A DNA stretch of 64,000 bases from the NCBI GenBank assembly GCA_963773065.1, contig CAVYZN010000019.1, positions 14,247 through 78,246 on the forward strand, read 5' to 3'. Of the stretch, positions 10,767 through 21,312 are shown in pieces (the first letter of the stretch is position 1; each line of letters opens with the position of its first letter). Under the pieces are notes generated by a model that was not told where the DNA came from, made no database searches, and worked only from the letters and a program-made list of their open reading frames with translations. The position numbers were made by a program, and so were the translations under genes. This DNA comes from an uncultured Gammaproteobacteria bacterium (lineage in GTDB: Bacteria > Pseudomonadota > Gammaproteobacteria > UBA9214).

Positions 10767-12005
10767 TCACTTCGTGGTTGCAGCCGGTGATATCCGCCGC
10801 AGGCGGAACAGCCCCTCGGTGGCGCCGCCGTCGCTGGTGAAATAGAGCGCGCCGTCGGGCCCGAAGGCGACGCCGACCGGGCGCGCCCAGCGCTCGCCAT
10901 TATCGAGCTGGAACCCGCTGACCAGATCTTCCACACCCTGCGCCACGCCGTCGCGGAAGCGCACCCGCACCAGCTTGGGAGGTCGGCGCGTGGCGGGATT
11001 GCCGAACGCCCCACCGGATGGCCGCGTGCCCCAGGAGCCGTGCAGGGCGACCACGGCATCGCCGGTGAATTGCGGATCGAGGGCGCCCGGCGGCACGAAT
11101 GCCACGGCCATCGGCGCATTGCGCGCGGGAAAGGTTGCGACCGGGATGGCGACATCGCTCTCCGGCCGCGGCGGCCGGCTCTTCACACACTCATCGCGGC
11201 GCAGCCGCTCCCCGTCGTACTGGAACCAGGGCATGCCGTGAAACGAGCCGGCATCGAGACGGCTGAAGTATTCCGGCGGCTGCTCGTAGCCGTGGTGGTC
11301 CGGCCCGTTGTTGCTGGCATACATAACCCCGGTCTCCGGCTGCCAGTCGAAGCCGACCGGGTTGCGCAGACCGGAGGCGTAGGGTTCGAAACGCGGCGTC
11401 GCGCCGTCCTCGCGCAGCACCAGCACGCCGCCGCGCCGTTGATCGAACGGATAATCGGCGCCCAGATACTCGTCGCTGCAATTCTGGCTGATGCCGAGGC
11501 TCACGTACACGCGCCCGTCCGGACCGATGCGCACGGTGCGGCTGTTGTGCCCGCCGTCAGGCGGCAATGCCGCCAGCAGGGTGAGCGTCTCCGGCGGAAT
11601 GGCCGTTTGACCCGGCCGGTAGGGCGCGCGATAGAGGCCGTCGGTCTGCGCGATCAGCATCTCGCCCTCGCGCAGCGCCACGCTGTGCGGGTAGTCGTTC
11701 AGGGTGATCAGCACCTCGGGATGCGTGTAGGGCGGCGCGAGCCGGTAGACCTTGCCGGATTTCGAGCCGATGAACAGATCACCGTTGGCGGCAAACGTCA
11801 GCAGACGCGGCCCATCCAGCTTCGCGGTCAGCAACTCGAGGGTATAACCCGACGGCAGAGTCACCCGCTGCCTGGCGCCGCCCTCGAGGATGAGTTCCTG
11901 TTGCCGGTACTCGAGCGCCGGGGCCGCGGCAACGTACAGGCCGCCGAGCAGGCAAGCGAGACGCGCCGTGTTGCCGAGTCGTCCGGTCGTGCTGAATACC
12001 CTCAT
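10767..12005 (-). CDS. PQQ-dependent sugar dehydrogenase (soluble glucose/sorbosone dehydrogenase-like beta-propeller)
   Basis: The ORF is 412 aa with a signal-like N-terminus. Family-typical segments are RTVRIGPDGRVYVSLG, GLRNPVGFDWQPETGVMYASNNGPD, HGMPWF, ALHGSW and PVGVAFGPDGALYFTSD. Confidence 0.75.
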   Translation of the reverse strand: MRVFSTTGRLGNTARLACLLGGLYVAAAPALEYRQQELILEGGARQRVTLPSGYTLELLTAKLDGPRLLTFAANGDLFIGSKSGKVYRLAPPYTHPEVLITLNDYPHSVALREGEMLIAQTDGLYRAPYRPGQTAIPPETLTLLAALPPDGGHNSRTVRIGPDGRVYVSLGISQNCSDEYLGADYPFDQRRGGVLVLREDGATPRFEPYASGLRNPVGFDWQPETGVMYASNNGPDHHGYEQPPEYFSRLDAGSFHGMPWFQYDGERLRRDECVKSRPPRPESDVAIPVATFPARNAPMAVAFVPPGALDPQFTGDAVVALHGSWGTRPSGGAFGNPATRRPPKLVRVRFRDGVAQGVEDLVSGFQLDNGERWARPVGVAFGPDGALYFTSDGGATEGLFRLRRISPAATTK

Positions 12006-12177
12006 GCGAAAACCCTCCCGGGTGGATAATTGACCCTGACTAGTATACCGGCCGGAACGGGCATTGCCGCATCGGGGTTTGTCCGTGATCGTCGCAACCG
12101 GAAACGTGGCTTGCTATGGCATGTCGGGAACTGTCATGCTAGAAATTGAATACATCCCTCACGATCCGGAGCCCGCT

Positions 12178-12809
12178 ATGAAGCCCTTGCCGTTTCGCGC
12201 CAATCGCCCCCTGCAGGGCATGTTGCTCTGGCTGATCCTGCTCTGGGCGATCACCGCGATCGATCCCTTCAACCGGCATGACTGGCTGCTCGAGAATCTG
12301 CTGGTCTTTATCTACGGATTCCTGCTGGTGATCAGCTACCGGCGCTTCGCCTTCTCCAACCTCTCCTATGGTCTGTTCACCGTGTTTATCAGCCTGCACC
12401 TGGTCGGCGCGCACTATACCTATTCCGAAACACCGTTCGGCTTCTGGCTCCAGGACCTGTTCGACCTGGAACGCAATCACTACGACCGCATCGTGCACTT
12501 TTCCTTCGGCCTGCTGATCGCCTACCCGTTTCGCGAACTGCTGCTGCGCGCCACGGGCATGCGCGCGGCATGGTCATACCTGCTCACCGTAACCGTCGTG
12601 CTGGCTTTCAGCAACTTCTATGAAATCATCGAGGCCATCGTCGCGGAAATCGTCAGTCCCGAACTGGGCTCCGCCTACCTCGGCACCCAGGGCGATACTT
12701 GGGATGCGCAGAAAGACGCTTCGTGGCCTTTCTCGGCAGCGTCATGGCCATGACCGTCACCTGGTTGAGGGTACGCGGGCGGCGCGCCGCGGCCGGTGAC
12801 ACGTATTAA
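12178..12809 (+). pseudogene. DUF2238 (YjdF-like) inner-membrane protein, frameshifted near ~12715
   Basis: From the ATG at 12178 it reads NRHDWLLENLLVF...LHLVGAHYTYSETPFGFW...YDRIVHFSFGLL...GTQGDTWDAQKD. The hydrophobic C-terminus FVAFLGSVMAMTVTWLRVRG...* continues in another frame to the TAA at 12807-12809. Confidence 0.6.
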
Positions 12810-13032
12810 CGACGCGCCTGCGCAACACGCCAGCGCGTGTCTTGAACTGGCGGGACTGTCGGTACGGGTAATATCGTGTATAAATAGCGCACCGGCTGAC
12901 ATCCAGAAAGTCACAATAAATGGGCATGCGAGACCTGACGACGATTCACGGAGATACTGATTTCCGCGCCGCGACGGTGCCCGTGTCCGCACTTGGGCGG
13001 AGGGCACATCAGCGAGCCGCAGACCGTCTTTC

Positions 13033-15693
13033 ATGAACAAGATCAACATCATCATCGCCGTGGCCATCACGGCGGTCACCATCAGCGTCTGGGCCTGGAT
13101 CAACCGCCCGGACACCGAGCCGCCGTGGCCGCCGGTCATCCAGGGCTTCTCGTTCTCGCCCATGCGGGCCCACAACAACCCGCTGCTCGGCAGCTATCCA
13201 ACCGTCCAGGAAATTGAGGAGGACCTGGTCTTGCTGAGGGGCAAGACCAACTCCGTGCGCACCTACACGCTGGAAGGAACGCTGGCAGAGATCCCGGCCC
13301 TGGCCGCCAAGCACGGCATCAACGTGGCACTGGGCGCGTGGCTCGATACCCGCCTCGATCACAACGACGCCGAGATCAAGCGGCTGCTAGAGATCGCACA
13401 AAAGCACCGGCGCAACGTGGTCCGGGTGATCGTCGGCAACGAGGCGGTGCTGCGCGGGGACATCCCGGTCGCCAAGTTGATCCAATACCTCGGCAAGGTG
13501 CGCGCCAAGGTGAAAATCCCAGTGAGCACCGCGGAGCCCTGGCACATCTGGAAGAAAAACCCGGAGCTGGTCAAGCACGTCGATTACCTCGCGGTGCACG
13601 TGCTGCCCTACTGGGAAGGCGTGCCCGTGCAGCGGGCGGTGGACTTCGTGGTCGAGCGCATCAATGAACTGCGGGTGATGTATCCCAACAAGCCGATCGT
13701 GATTACCGAGGTTGGCTGGCCCAGCAATGGACGCACGCGCCAGGGAGCGGTCGCCTCGGACGCGAATGAGGCGATCTTCCTGCGCCGCTTCATCCAACGG
13801 GCGGCGCAGGAAAATTACATTTACTACATCATGGAAGCCTTTGATCAACCTTGGAAAACGGCACGCCAGGCAGAAGGCGCCGTGGGCGCCTACTGGGGCG
13901 TGTTCGACGTCGAGAGGCAACCGAAATTCGCCTTTTCCGACCCCATTGTAGGAATCCCCGGCTGGCCCAAGCTGGCCGGGATCTCCGTGCTGCTCGCCGC
14001 CATCACCTTTGCCCTGCTGCTGATCGACAGCAAGACCCTGACCAGCCACGGCCGCAGCTTTCTCGCCATCATCGCCTATGCCGCCGCCACGGCCGCGGTG
14101 TGGATCGTCTATGAATATACCCATCAATACCTGACCCTCAGCACCATCCTCACAGGGCTGCTGATGCTGGTCGGCATGATCGGGGTGATCGTGGTGCTGC
14201 TGATCGAGGCGCATGAGTGGGCCGAGGCGCTGTGGGTGCAGGAACGGCGGCGGCTGTTCAAGCCGCGGCCGATGGCCGATGCGGACCTGCCGATGGTCTC
14301 GATACATGTGCCAGCCTACAACGAGCCGCCGGAGATGCTGATTGAAACGCTCGATACTCTCGCGCGGCTGAATTATCCCCGCTTCGAGGTCCTGCTCATC
14401 GACAACAATACCTGGGACCCCGCCGTCTGGAAGCCGGTCGAGGCGCACTGCCGGCGACTCGGCGAGCGCTTCCGCTTCTTTCACGTCGCCCCCCTCGCCG
14501 GCTTCAAGTCCGGGGCATTGAATTACGCGCTCGCGCACACGGCGGACGAGGCGCGGATCATCGCCGTCATCGACAGCGACTACAGCGTCGACCCGGACTG
14601 GCTGCGCGACCTGGTGCCCCGGTTCCAGCGGCCGCAGATCGCCATCGTGCAGGCGCCGCAGGATTACCGGGACGGCGGCGAGAACGCCTTCAAGGCGATG
14701 TGTTACGCGGAATATCGCGGCTTTTTCTTTATCGGCATGATCACCCGCAACGAGCGCAACGCGATCATCCAGCACGGCACCATGACCCTGGTTCGCAGGA
14801 CGGTGCTGGCCGAGGTCGGCGGCTGGAGCGAATGGAGCATTACCGAGGATGCCGAACTCGGCCTGCGCATCTTCGAGAAGGGTTACGAGGCGACCTATTT
14901 CCCGAACAGCTACGGCAAGGGCCTCATACCCGACACGTTCATGAGCTACAAAAACCAGCGCTTCCGCTGGGCGTATGGCGCCATGCAGATCATGCGCCGC
15001 CATGCGTCGAAATTGTTTGGCGGCGGCGCCAGCCGGCTGACCGCCGGTCAGCGCTATCACTTTCTGGCGGGGTGGCTGCCATGGATTGCCGACGGCGCGA
15101 ACCTGGTGTTCAACCTGGCTGCGCTGGGCTGGTCACTGGGGATGATCACGATGCCGGTACGCTTCGACCCCCCGTTGATCATTCTTTCCGTCCTGCCGCT
15201 GGCGCTCTTCAGTTTCAAGATCGCGAAGGTGATCTACCTGTACCGGGGCGCCCGGGTGGTCGGAACCGCGTGGCAGACACTGGCCGCCATACTGGCGGGA
15301 CTGGCGCTCTCGCACACTATCGCCAAGGCCATGCTGTTGGGGATGGTCACCAGCGGCAGGCCCTTTTTGCGCACACCCAAACGGGAACACAGCCTGGCGC
15401 TGGTGAAGGCCCTGGCGAGCGCGCGCGAAGAAAGCCTGTTCATGCTGGCATTGTGGGGCGCCGCCGCGGGTATCGTCATGAAGCACGGATCGGACAGCCT
15501 GGATCTCCTGCTCTGGATCATCGTCCTGATCGTGCAATCGATCCCCTACCTGGCGGCGTTGTTGATGTCCCTGATCAGCGGCCTGCCACGCATGCGCGCG
15601 AAACTGGTCTATGCGGATCATCCTGTCGCTACCGGGCAAGCACCGGCGGCGGTGAACGGCGATGCCGGCATGCCTTCGGCGCACCAGAAGTAA
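13033..15693 (+). CDS. Bifunctional GH17 glucanase/transglycosylase plus GT2 beta-glucan synthase (NdvB-like)
   Basis: The ORF is 886 aa. After an N-terminal TM helix come the GH17 motifs VIVGNEAV, YLAVHVLPYWEG and ITEVGWPSNG. TM helices follow, then the GT2 motifs VSIHVPAYNEP..VLLIDNNT, DSDY, QAPQDY, TEDAELGLR and QRFRWAYG (QxxRW), then C-terminal TM helices. Confidence 0.8.
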   Translation: MNKINIIIAVAITAVTISVWAWINRPDTEPPWPPVIQGFSFSPMRAHNNPLLGSYPTVQEIEEDLVLLRGKTNSVRTYTLEGTLAEIPALAAKHGINVALGAWLDTRLDHNDAEIKRLLEIAQKHRRNVVRVIVGNEAVLRGDIPVAKLIQYLGKVRAKVKIPVSTAEPWHIWKKNPELVKHVDYLAVHVLPYWEGVPVQRAVDFVVERINELRVMYPNKPIVITEVGWPSNGRTRQGAVASDANEAIFLRRFIQRAAQENYIYYIMEAFDQPWKTARQAEGAVGAYWGVFDVERQPKFAFSDPIVGIPGWPKLAGISVLLAAITFALLLIDSKTLTSHGRSFLAIIAYAAATAAVWIVYEYTHQYLTLSTILTGLLMLVGMIGVIVVLLIEAHEWAEALWVQERRRLFKPRPMADADLPMVSIHVPAYNEPPEMLIETLDTLARLNYPRFEVLLIDNNTWDPAVWKPVEAHCRRLGERFRFFHVAPLAGFKSGALNYALAHTADEARIIAVIDSDYSVDPDWLRDLVPRFQRPQIAIVQAPQDYRDGGENAFKAMCYAEYRGFFFIGMITRNERNAIIQHGTMTLVRRTVLAEVGGWSEWSITEDAELGLRIFEKGYEATYFPNSYGKGLIPDTFMSYKNQRFRWAYGAMQIMRRHASKLFGGGASRLTAGQRYHFLAGWLPWIADGANLVFNLAALGWSLGMITMPVRFDPPLIILSVLPLALFSFKIAKVIYLYRGARVVGTAWQTLAAILAGLALSHTIAKAMLLGMVTSGRPFLRTPKREHSLALVKALASAREESLFMLALWGAAAGIVMKHGSDSLDLLLWIIVLIVQSIPYLAALLMSLISGLPRMRAKLVYADHPVATGQAPAAVNGDAGMPSAHQK

Positions 15694-15783
15694 CCGTCGC
15701 GGGCGGCTTCGCCTTCATTCACACCCTTCCCGATACGAAGCCGGCACTGACGCGGAGGCGGTCATCGGGCAAAATACCCTGCC

Positions 15784-17611
15784 GTGAATACTGACAGCCG
15801 CGAAGACGATCATCCGCCGCCGGCCGACCAGGCGCGCGAGCTGCTCGCGCGAGTCATCGCCAGGCTGGCGCAGCGCTACCGCGATGCCCCTCCGCCGTTG
15901 AGTACGGATGAGTTGGCCCGGCGCCTGGCGGCATTGCAGTTGGCCGACGCGGCGCTGCGCGATCTCGCCGCCCTGGACGGCCCGACCACGCGTCCGCTGC
16001 AGGTGGCCGTGATGGGGCCGACCCAGGTCGGCAAGAGCACCGTCGTCAACCTGCTGCTCGGCAAGCGCGTTGCCGAGGTGAGCCCGCTGGCAGGTTACAC
16101 CATCCACCCGCAGGGTTTCGCCCTCAACCCGCGGGATGCGAGCCTGGCATGGATCAAGCCCTTCTTCCCCGGCTGGGAATGCCGCGACGGCGCGGCGCTG
16201 ACCCGCGACCGGCTCGACTGTTATGCCCTGCGTACCCTCGGCGGCGACACGGCCGGCATGGCTCCCGATACGGTGATCTGGGATACGCCCGACTTCGACT
16301 CCTTCAAGGCCCACAGCTATCAACGCGGCGTGCTGGAAGTCGCCGCCCTCGCCGATGTGATCGTGCTGGTGGTGAGCAAGGAGAAGTACGCGGACCTGTC
16401 GGTGTGGAAAACCCTGCAGTTGCTGGAACCCCTGCGGCGGTCCCTGGTGGTGTGCCTGAACAAGACCAACGGAGACGCCCGGGAGCTGCTGGTAGCGGCG
16501 CTGCGGACCCGGCTCGCCGAACTGACGGCGGCGGCCGGCACCATCGATGTCATCGTCATACCCTACTGCCCCGACATCGATGCGTTCGCGGCCGCGGGCC
16601 GCCCGCCGGAGGCGGCCGAACTGCGCGCGGCGCTGCGCCGTGCGCTGGATGGCGTGGACCGCCGCGGGCGTGGCGCCGGCGTGGGGGCGCTGCTGCAACG
16701 CCACTGGACGGACTGGATGGCGCCGGTCACGATTGAACTGGCGGCGGCCGGAATCTGGGAGCAATCCATCGACGCGGCCATCGGCCAGGCGCTGACAGCC
16801 TACCGGGATGAGTTCCTGGATCACCCGCAACGCTTCGACACCTTTCGCCTGGCCATACTCGAACTCCTGCAACTGCTGGAATTGCCCGGTCTTGCCAAGT
16901 CCCTGACACGCATCCGCCAGGCGCTCACCTGGCCGGCCCGCCAGCTCTTCGATTCCCGGCGCATGAAGACCCTCACGGGGCGCCTGCGCGGCAAGGCGGC
17001 TGCATGACCTGCCCGGTGAGGAACTGATCCTGCGCGACCTGCTGGGGCAATTGCTCACCACGCTGTCGCGCGATGCCCTGCGCCGCGGCGCGCCGCAAGC
17101 GCCGGGCGCCGCATTCTGGCAGGCGCTCGGCCTGCGCCTCGCCGAACGGCAGGCGGACCTGACCGGACAATTCGCCGCGGCCGCCCACCGGCACCACCTC
17201 GACTTCCAACCGGAAATCGAGACCGCGGCTCACGAACTCTATGCCAACCTGCAGCAGAAACCCGCCCTGCTCAACACCCTGCGCGCGGCGCGCCTCACCA
17301 CCGACGCCGCTGCCATCGTTCTGGCCCTGAAAACCGGGGGCGTGGGGCTGAATGACCTGCTGTTCGCACCGGCGATGGTGTCGCTGACCTCCATGCTGAC
17401 CGAGGGCGCCCTCGGGTCTTACATGACGCAGGTCGCCGGCCGGCTGAAGCAGGCCCAGTATGCCGCCGTAGAGCGGCGGCTATTCCACGGCCCGGTACGG
17501 GAGGCGTTAAGCGCGCTGGCCGAAAACCTCGAGGCGCCCGGCCTGTTCGGCATCTCGCGGCCGGAATACGCGGCGGCGGAGCAGGCGCTCAAGGCGTGGC
17601 GGCATGACTGA
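15784..17611 (+). pseudogene. Dynamin-like/large GTPase 1 (~609 codons if joined), apparent frameshift near ~16990
   Basis: It has the P-loop GPTQVGKST, DTPDFDS and LNKTN. ORF 15784..17007 ends in ..RLRGKAAA*. The next frame is already open from ~16979 (..RLHDLPGEELILRDLLGQLLTTL..) and runs to 17611, overlapping the next gene by 8 nt. Two separate genes is the alternative reading. Confidence 0.5.
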
Positions 17612-19322
17612 GCGGATCTCCCAACTGCGCGAGCGGGTCGGCGCCTGGATCGCCCGCGCGCAGGCCATGGCCTGGCTCGGCGAGACGGAACTCAAGGCGC
17701 TGCAGCAGGTGGAACAGCGCACGCCGGCCGACCTGTTCACCCGGGCGCAGCCTGCCCGCCCCCTGGTCGTCGCCTTTTTCGGCGGCACCGGCGTGGGCAA
17801 GAGCAGCCTGCTCAACCGCCTCGCCGGACAAGCCATCGCCCGCGTCGGCGTGGAGCGCCCGACATCCCACGAGGTCACGGTCTATGTGCACGCGGCGGTG
17901 GAACTGGCCACCCTGGCGGAACACTTCTCCGTGAACCAGGTGCGCATCGCGCGGCATGCCGATGCGTCGCGGCGCGATGTCCTGTGGATCGACATGCCGG
18001 ATATCGACAGCACCGAACAGCGCAACCGGGAACTGGCGTTTGCCTGGCTCCCCCATGTCGACCTGCTGATCTACGTGGTCAGCCCCGAACGCTACCGCGA
18101 CGACATCGGCTGGCGGGTATTGCACCGGCGCGGCCACCGCCATGGCTGGATGTTCGTCATGAATCACTGGGACGAGGGCGCGACCGAACAGCAGGCGGAT
18201 CTGCTCGCGATACTGCACGAGGCCGGTTTTGCCGACCCGCTGGTGCTGCACACCTGTTGCGGCGGCGGAACGTGCCCGGATGACCAGTTCAACGAGTTGG
18301 AGGCCGCAATCCGGACCGTTCAGGCTCAGCATGGCCAGCAGGAACTCGAGCGGCTCGGACACCGTGCCCATTTGCAGGACGTGGCCGCGGTTCTGGAGGC
18401 GGCGCTGCGACGCCTCGGGGAGACGGCTGACTGGCGGGACATAGGGAGCGGTTTTCTGCGGGACTGGTCGCACGCGGCGGCGGCGATCGCGGACGGCATG
18501 ATCTGGCCCATCCAGGAGATCGCCGCGGAATTCGCCAGCCGCGACGCCAGTCTGCTCACGCGCTTGCTGGGGGAACGCCATGACACGGCGGCAGCGGGAA
18601 CGGAACGCTCGCGGGAAGCGCCGCCCGCGCCGCGCACGGCCAGGGAACGTGAGGCGGCAACCGCGCTCTGGGACCCCTGGGCGCAGGGCAAGCTGACCGA
18701 GGTCTGCGATACCCTGGAGATCGCCCTGCGGCGCAACGGGGTGGCCCCGCAACCGCTGCTCGCACGCCTGCAGCCGGTGACCGGCACCGCCAGTCAAACG
18801 GTTAATGAGGAACTGCAACAGTCATTGCGCCAGGGACTGGCACGTCCCGGCATGCCGTGGCAACGCGCCCTGCGCCGCATCACGGGCGCGGCGCTCAGTC
18901 TGCTGCCCATCGCGGCCCTGCTGTGGGTGTCATACCGGGTGATCACCGGTTTCCTGCAAGGCGCCGCCGGGCAGGCGGCCTATCTTGGCGCCGACTTCGC
19001 CATCAACAGCCTCCTGCTGGTGCTGGTCGCCTGGCTCCTGCCCTTATTGCTGCACCGCCGCCTCAAGCCCTCCACGGAAGCGACGGTGATACGCGCGCTG
19101 CGCACGGGTCTCGGAGTGGGGCTGGAGGAACTCAACGTGAGGGCGGAGGCGGCGTTCGCGGCGACCAGCGCGGAACGCGGCGCGTTGCTGGTTGAGGCAA
19201 ACAGGCTCCGCGATGATTTGGGTCGGTACAGCGGCGCGCCGCATCCCGCCCCCAGCGCGGCGGTCGCACGCCTGCTGGCGGTGCCGGATCACCCCGGATC
19301 TGCCAAACCGCGATCCATGTGA
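17604..19322 (+). CDS. Dynamin-like/large GTPase 2 with a C-terminal TM hairpin
   Basis: The ORF is 572 aa, with the P-loop GGTGVGKSS, DMPDIDS and NHWD. Its two hydrophobic helices are LSLLPIAALLWVSYRVITGF and INSLLLVLVAWLLPLLL. Its start overlaps the stop of the upstream GTPase. Confidence 0.65.
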   Translation: MTERISQLRERVGAWIARAQAMAWLGETELKALQQVEQRTPADLFTRAQPARPLVVAFFGGTGVGKSSLLNRLAGQAIARVGVERPTSHEVTVYVHAAVELATLAEHFSVNQVRIARHADASRRDVLWIDMPDIDSTEQRNRELAFAWLPHVDLLIYVVSPERYRDDIGWRVLHRRGHRHGWMFVMNHWDEGATEQQADLLAILHEAGFADPLVLHTCCGGGTCPDDQFNELEAAIRTVQAQHGQQELERLGHRAHLQDVAAVLEAALRRLGETADWRDIGSGFLRDWSHAAAAIADGMIWPIQEIAAEFASRDASLLTRLLGERHDTAAAGTERSREAPPAPRTAREREAATALWDPWAQGKLTEVCDTLEIALRRNGVAPQPLLARLQPVTGTASQTVNEELQQSLRQGLARPGMPWQRALRRITGAALSLLPIAALLWVSYRVITGFLQGAAGQAAYLGADFAINSLLLVLVAWLLPLLLHRRLKPSTEATVIRALRTGLGVGLEELNVRAEAAFAATSAERGALLVEANRLRDDLGRYSGAPHPAPSAAVARLLAVPDHPGSAKPRSM

Positions 19323-19399
19323 ATGGGATGCGGGTAGCGCGACACCTTGCACCCGGCTTCTTTTCACATGCGGAAAAATGTACTCTGGACCCGTTCATC

Positions 19400-20116
19400 A
19401 TGCGCCCTAATCGAATAACACCGAAGATCCTGCCAGTCGCACTCGTCGCGTGCTGCATCGGCCTGGCCCTGGTTCTCATGCCGATCTGGGCGCAGGAGCA
19501 AAGCGTCAATCCCGGCATCAACCGTAATTACGAGAACCCCGACTGGGCGCAGTGGGTTGCCGCCTTCGAGAATGAAGGCCGCGAAGTCTACGCGCGGCGT
19601 CAGGCCATCGTCGACGCCACCGGTGTCCGTCCGGGCATGGCTGTGGCGGATATCGGCGCCGGCACCGGCCTGTTCACGCGGCTGTTTGCCGCCCGTGTGG
19701 CGCCCGCCGGCAAGGTCTATGCCGTGGACATTTCGGCCACCTTTATCGAGAACATCCTGCGCACCTGCCGCGAACAGGGACTCGGCAATGTGGAAGGCAT
19801 CGTCAACACATCCCGGGACGTCACCCTGCCGGATGCCTCAATCGACCTGGCTTTCATCACCGACACCTACCACCACTTCGAGTATCCCGCGAGTATGCTG
19901 GCCTCCATCCGCCGCGCGCTGCGCACGGACGGCGAGCTGGTCATCATCGATTTCCGGCGTGACCCCCGTGTCAGTCCGCCATGGATCATGGGCCATGTGC
20001 GCGCCGGCAAAGACACCGTGATCCGGGAGGTGCAGGCGGCCGGCTACGATTTCGTGGAAGAGAAACCCGTGCTGCGCAGCAATTACTTTCTGGTGTTTAA
20101 AAAGACTGGTCAGTGA
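19400..20116 (+). CDS. Class I SAM-dependent methyltransferase with an N-terminal signal/anchor
   Basis: It has motif I VADIGAGTGLFT, plus DLAFITDTYHHF and LRTDGELVIIDF. The hydrophobic N-terminus is ILPVALVACCIGLALVLMPIWA. Confidence 0.75.
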   Translation: MRPNRITPKILPVALVACCIGLALVLMPIWAQEQSVNPGINRNYENPDWAQWVAAFENEGREVYARRQAIVDATGVRPGMAVADIGAGTGLFTRLFAARVAPAGKVYAVDISATFIENILRTCREQGLGNVEGIVNTSRDVTLPDASIDLAFITDTYHHFEYPASMLASIRRALRTDGELVIIDFRRDPRVSPPWIMGHVRAGKDTVIREVQAAGYDFVEEKPVLRSNYFLVFKKTGQ

Positions 20117-20233
20117 ACCGCCCTGAACCTTCGACCGTTAAATGAAAAACTATCAGACAACTACTTACATTACATATCACGGAAGACCGATTAAGTCATA
20201 CGGCCTGAGCCCGCCTCTGGAGCGACACGACGC

Positions 20234-20611
20234 ATGAACGCTATCGAACAGAAAAACGTATTGGGAGAACCGCTGGAAACCTGTTCACTGCGACCGCTGA
20301 CCGGCTATACCCGCACCGGCTCCTGCGAAACCGGGCCACGGGATCCGGGCGTGCACACCGTGTGCGCCAATGTGACGCAGGCCTTTCTGGATTACAGCCG
20401 GACTCATGGCAATGATCTGGTCACGCCCATGCCGGAATTCGGGTTTCCCGGCCTCAAGCCCGGTGACCGCTGGTGCCTGTGCACGGCGCGCTGGAAAGAG
20501 GCATTTGCGGCCGGTTGCGCACCTCATGTCTGCCTGCGCGCCACCCACGCGCGGACACTCGAGGTGGTTGCGCTGGCCGATCTGAAGGCGCATGCCATCG
20601 ACCTGAGCTAA
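20234..20611 (+). CDS. DUF2237-family protein
   Basis: It reads NVLGEPLETCS..PLTGYTRTGSCETG..DPGVHTVCA..GNDLVTPMPEFGFPGLKPGDRWCLCTARW, which is the characteristic DUF2237 pattern. Confidence 0.7.
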   Translation: MNAIEQKNVLGEPLETCSLRPLTGYTRTGSCETGPRDPGVHTVCANVTQAFLDYSRTHGNDLVTPMPEFGFPGLKPGDRWCLCTARWKEAFAAGCAPHVCLRATHARTLEVVALADLKAHAIDLS

Positions 20612-20644
20612 GGCGCGTACCCCGCGCGGCGGAATTGTGATTGG

Positions 20645-20860
20645 GTGATGGACATCTCGAAATTGGGTTTCTGGGCCATGATTCTCTGCTGGCTGTCGGC
20701 GATAGGCGGCATTGCACTGGCCATCCTCTGGGCCGCTTCGAAAAGCCAGCATCCGGTTGACGACGAATTACTGGTCAAGTCCCTGCAACTGCGCCTGAAG
20801 GCCGGCGAGCTCAACCAGGAGGAGTACGAGAAAAAGCTTGCTGACCTGCATCGGGAATGA
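20645..20860 (+). CDS. Small membrane protein with a SHOCT-like C-terminus
   Basis: It has one TM helix followed by LRLKAGELNQEEYEKKLADL, a SHOCT-type short C-terminal motif. Confidence 0.5.
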   Translation: MMDISKLGFWAMILCWLSAIGGIALAILWAASKSQHPVDDELLVKSLQLRLKAGELNQEEYEKKLADLHRE

Positions 20861-20905
20861 CCTCGCCGAGTGGACCCTGCCTCGCAGGGGAAGCTACCGC
20901 CGGAA

Positions 20906-21127
20906 TCATTGCAGGTTCCGGCTCCGCAGGGCAGTGTAGGTGGCATGGCTGGGGAAGATCCGGCACTGCAACCCGAGTACCAGCGTATTGATCTGCCAGA
21001 ATTCCGGAAACAGCACCCAGTCAGCCGACCGGAGCAACGGCAGATGCCGGAGAAAAAGTTCCGGCTTGATGTAGGTGGCGCCGGGCAGTTTCAGCGTGCG
21101 CAGCGCATCGAAAGTAACCAGTTTCAT
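20906..21127 (-). pseudogene. N-terminal fragment (~73 aa) of a conserved hypothetical, possibly ATP-grasp-related, protein
   Basis: MKLVTFDALRTLKLPGATYIKPELFLRHLPLLRSADWVLFPEFWQINTLVLGLQCRIFPS matches from memory the N-termini of ~300-aa proteins. The frame stops after ~73 aa, and the downstream sequence belongs to the opposite-strand SHOCT gene. Confidence 0.35.
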
Positions 21128-21312
21128 ACCCAAAACAACGGTTGCCGGACACGCGCGGATTTTACCCGGCGGTGACGTACACGCGAAGCTACGCCTGCGG
21201 TGTGGCTCTCTACCCTTCGGTTTCTCAACAATCGCCGCCGGCAAGGTTGGTGCGGTTCGGCAGCCTGTGTATAGTTAGCGCCACTGTCAGCACCTACCCA
21301 GCGGACTCGATC

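Noticed and set aside
13387-15060. A 557-aa minus-strand ORF lies antisense to the NdvB-like gene. Similar long antisense ORFs are 21124-22032 (-), 22187-23386 (-), 22998-24263 (-) and 25947-27119 (-).
   Set aside because: All of them overlap genes with strong family motifs on the other strand or frame. Their translations are low-complexity and Arg/Gly/Pro/His-rich, consistent with GC-driven open frames.
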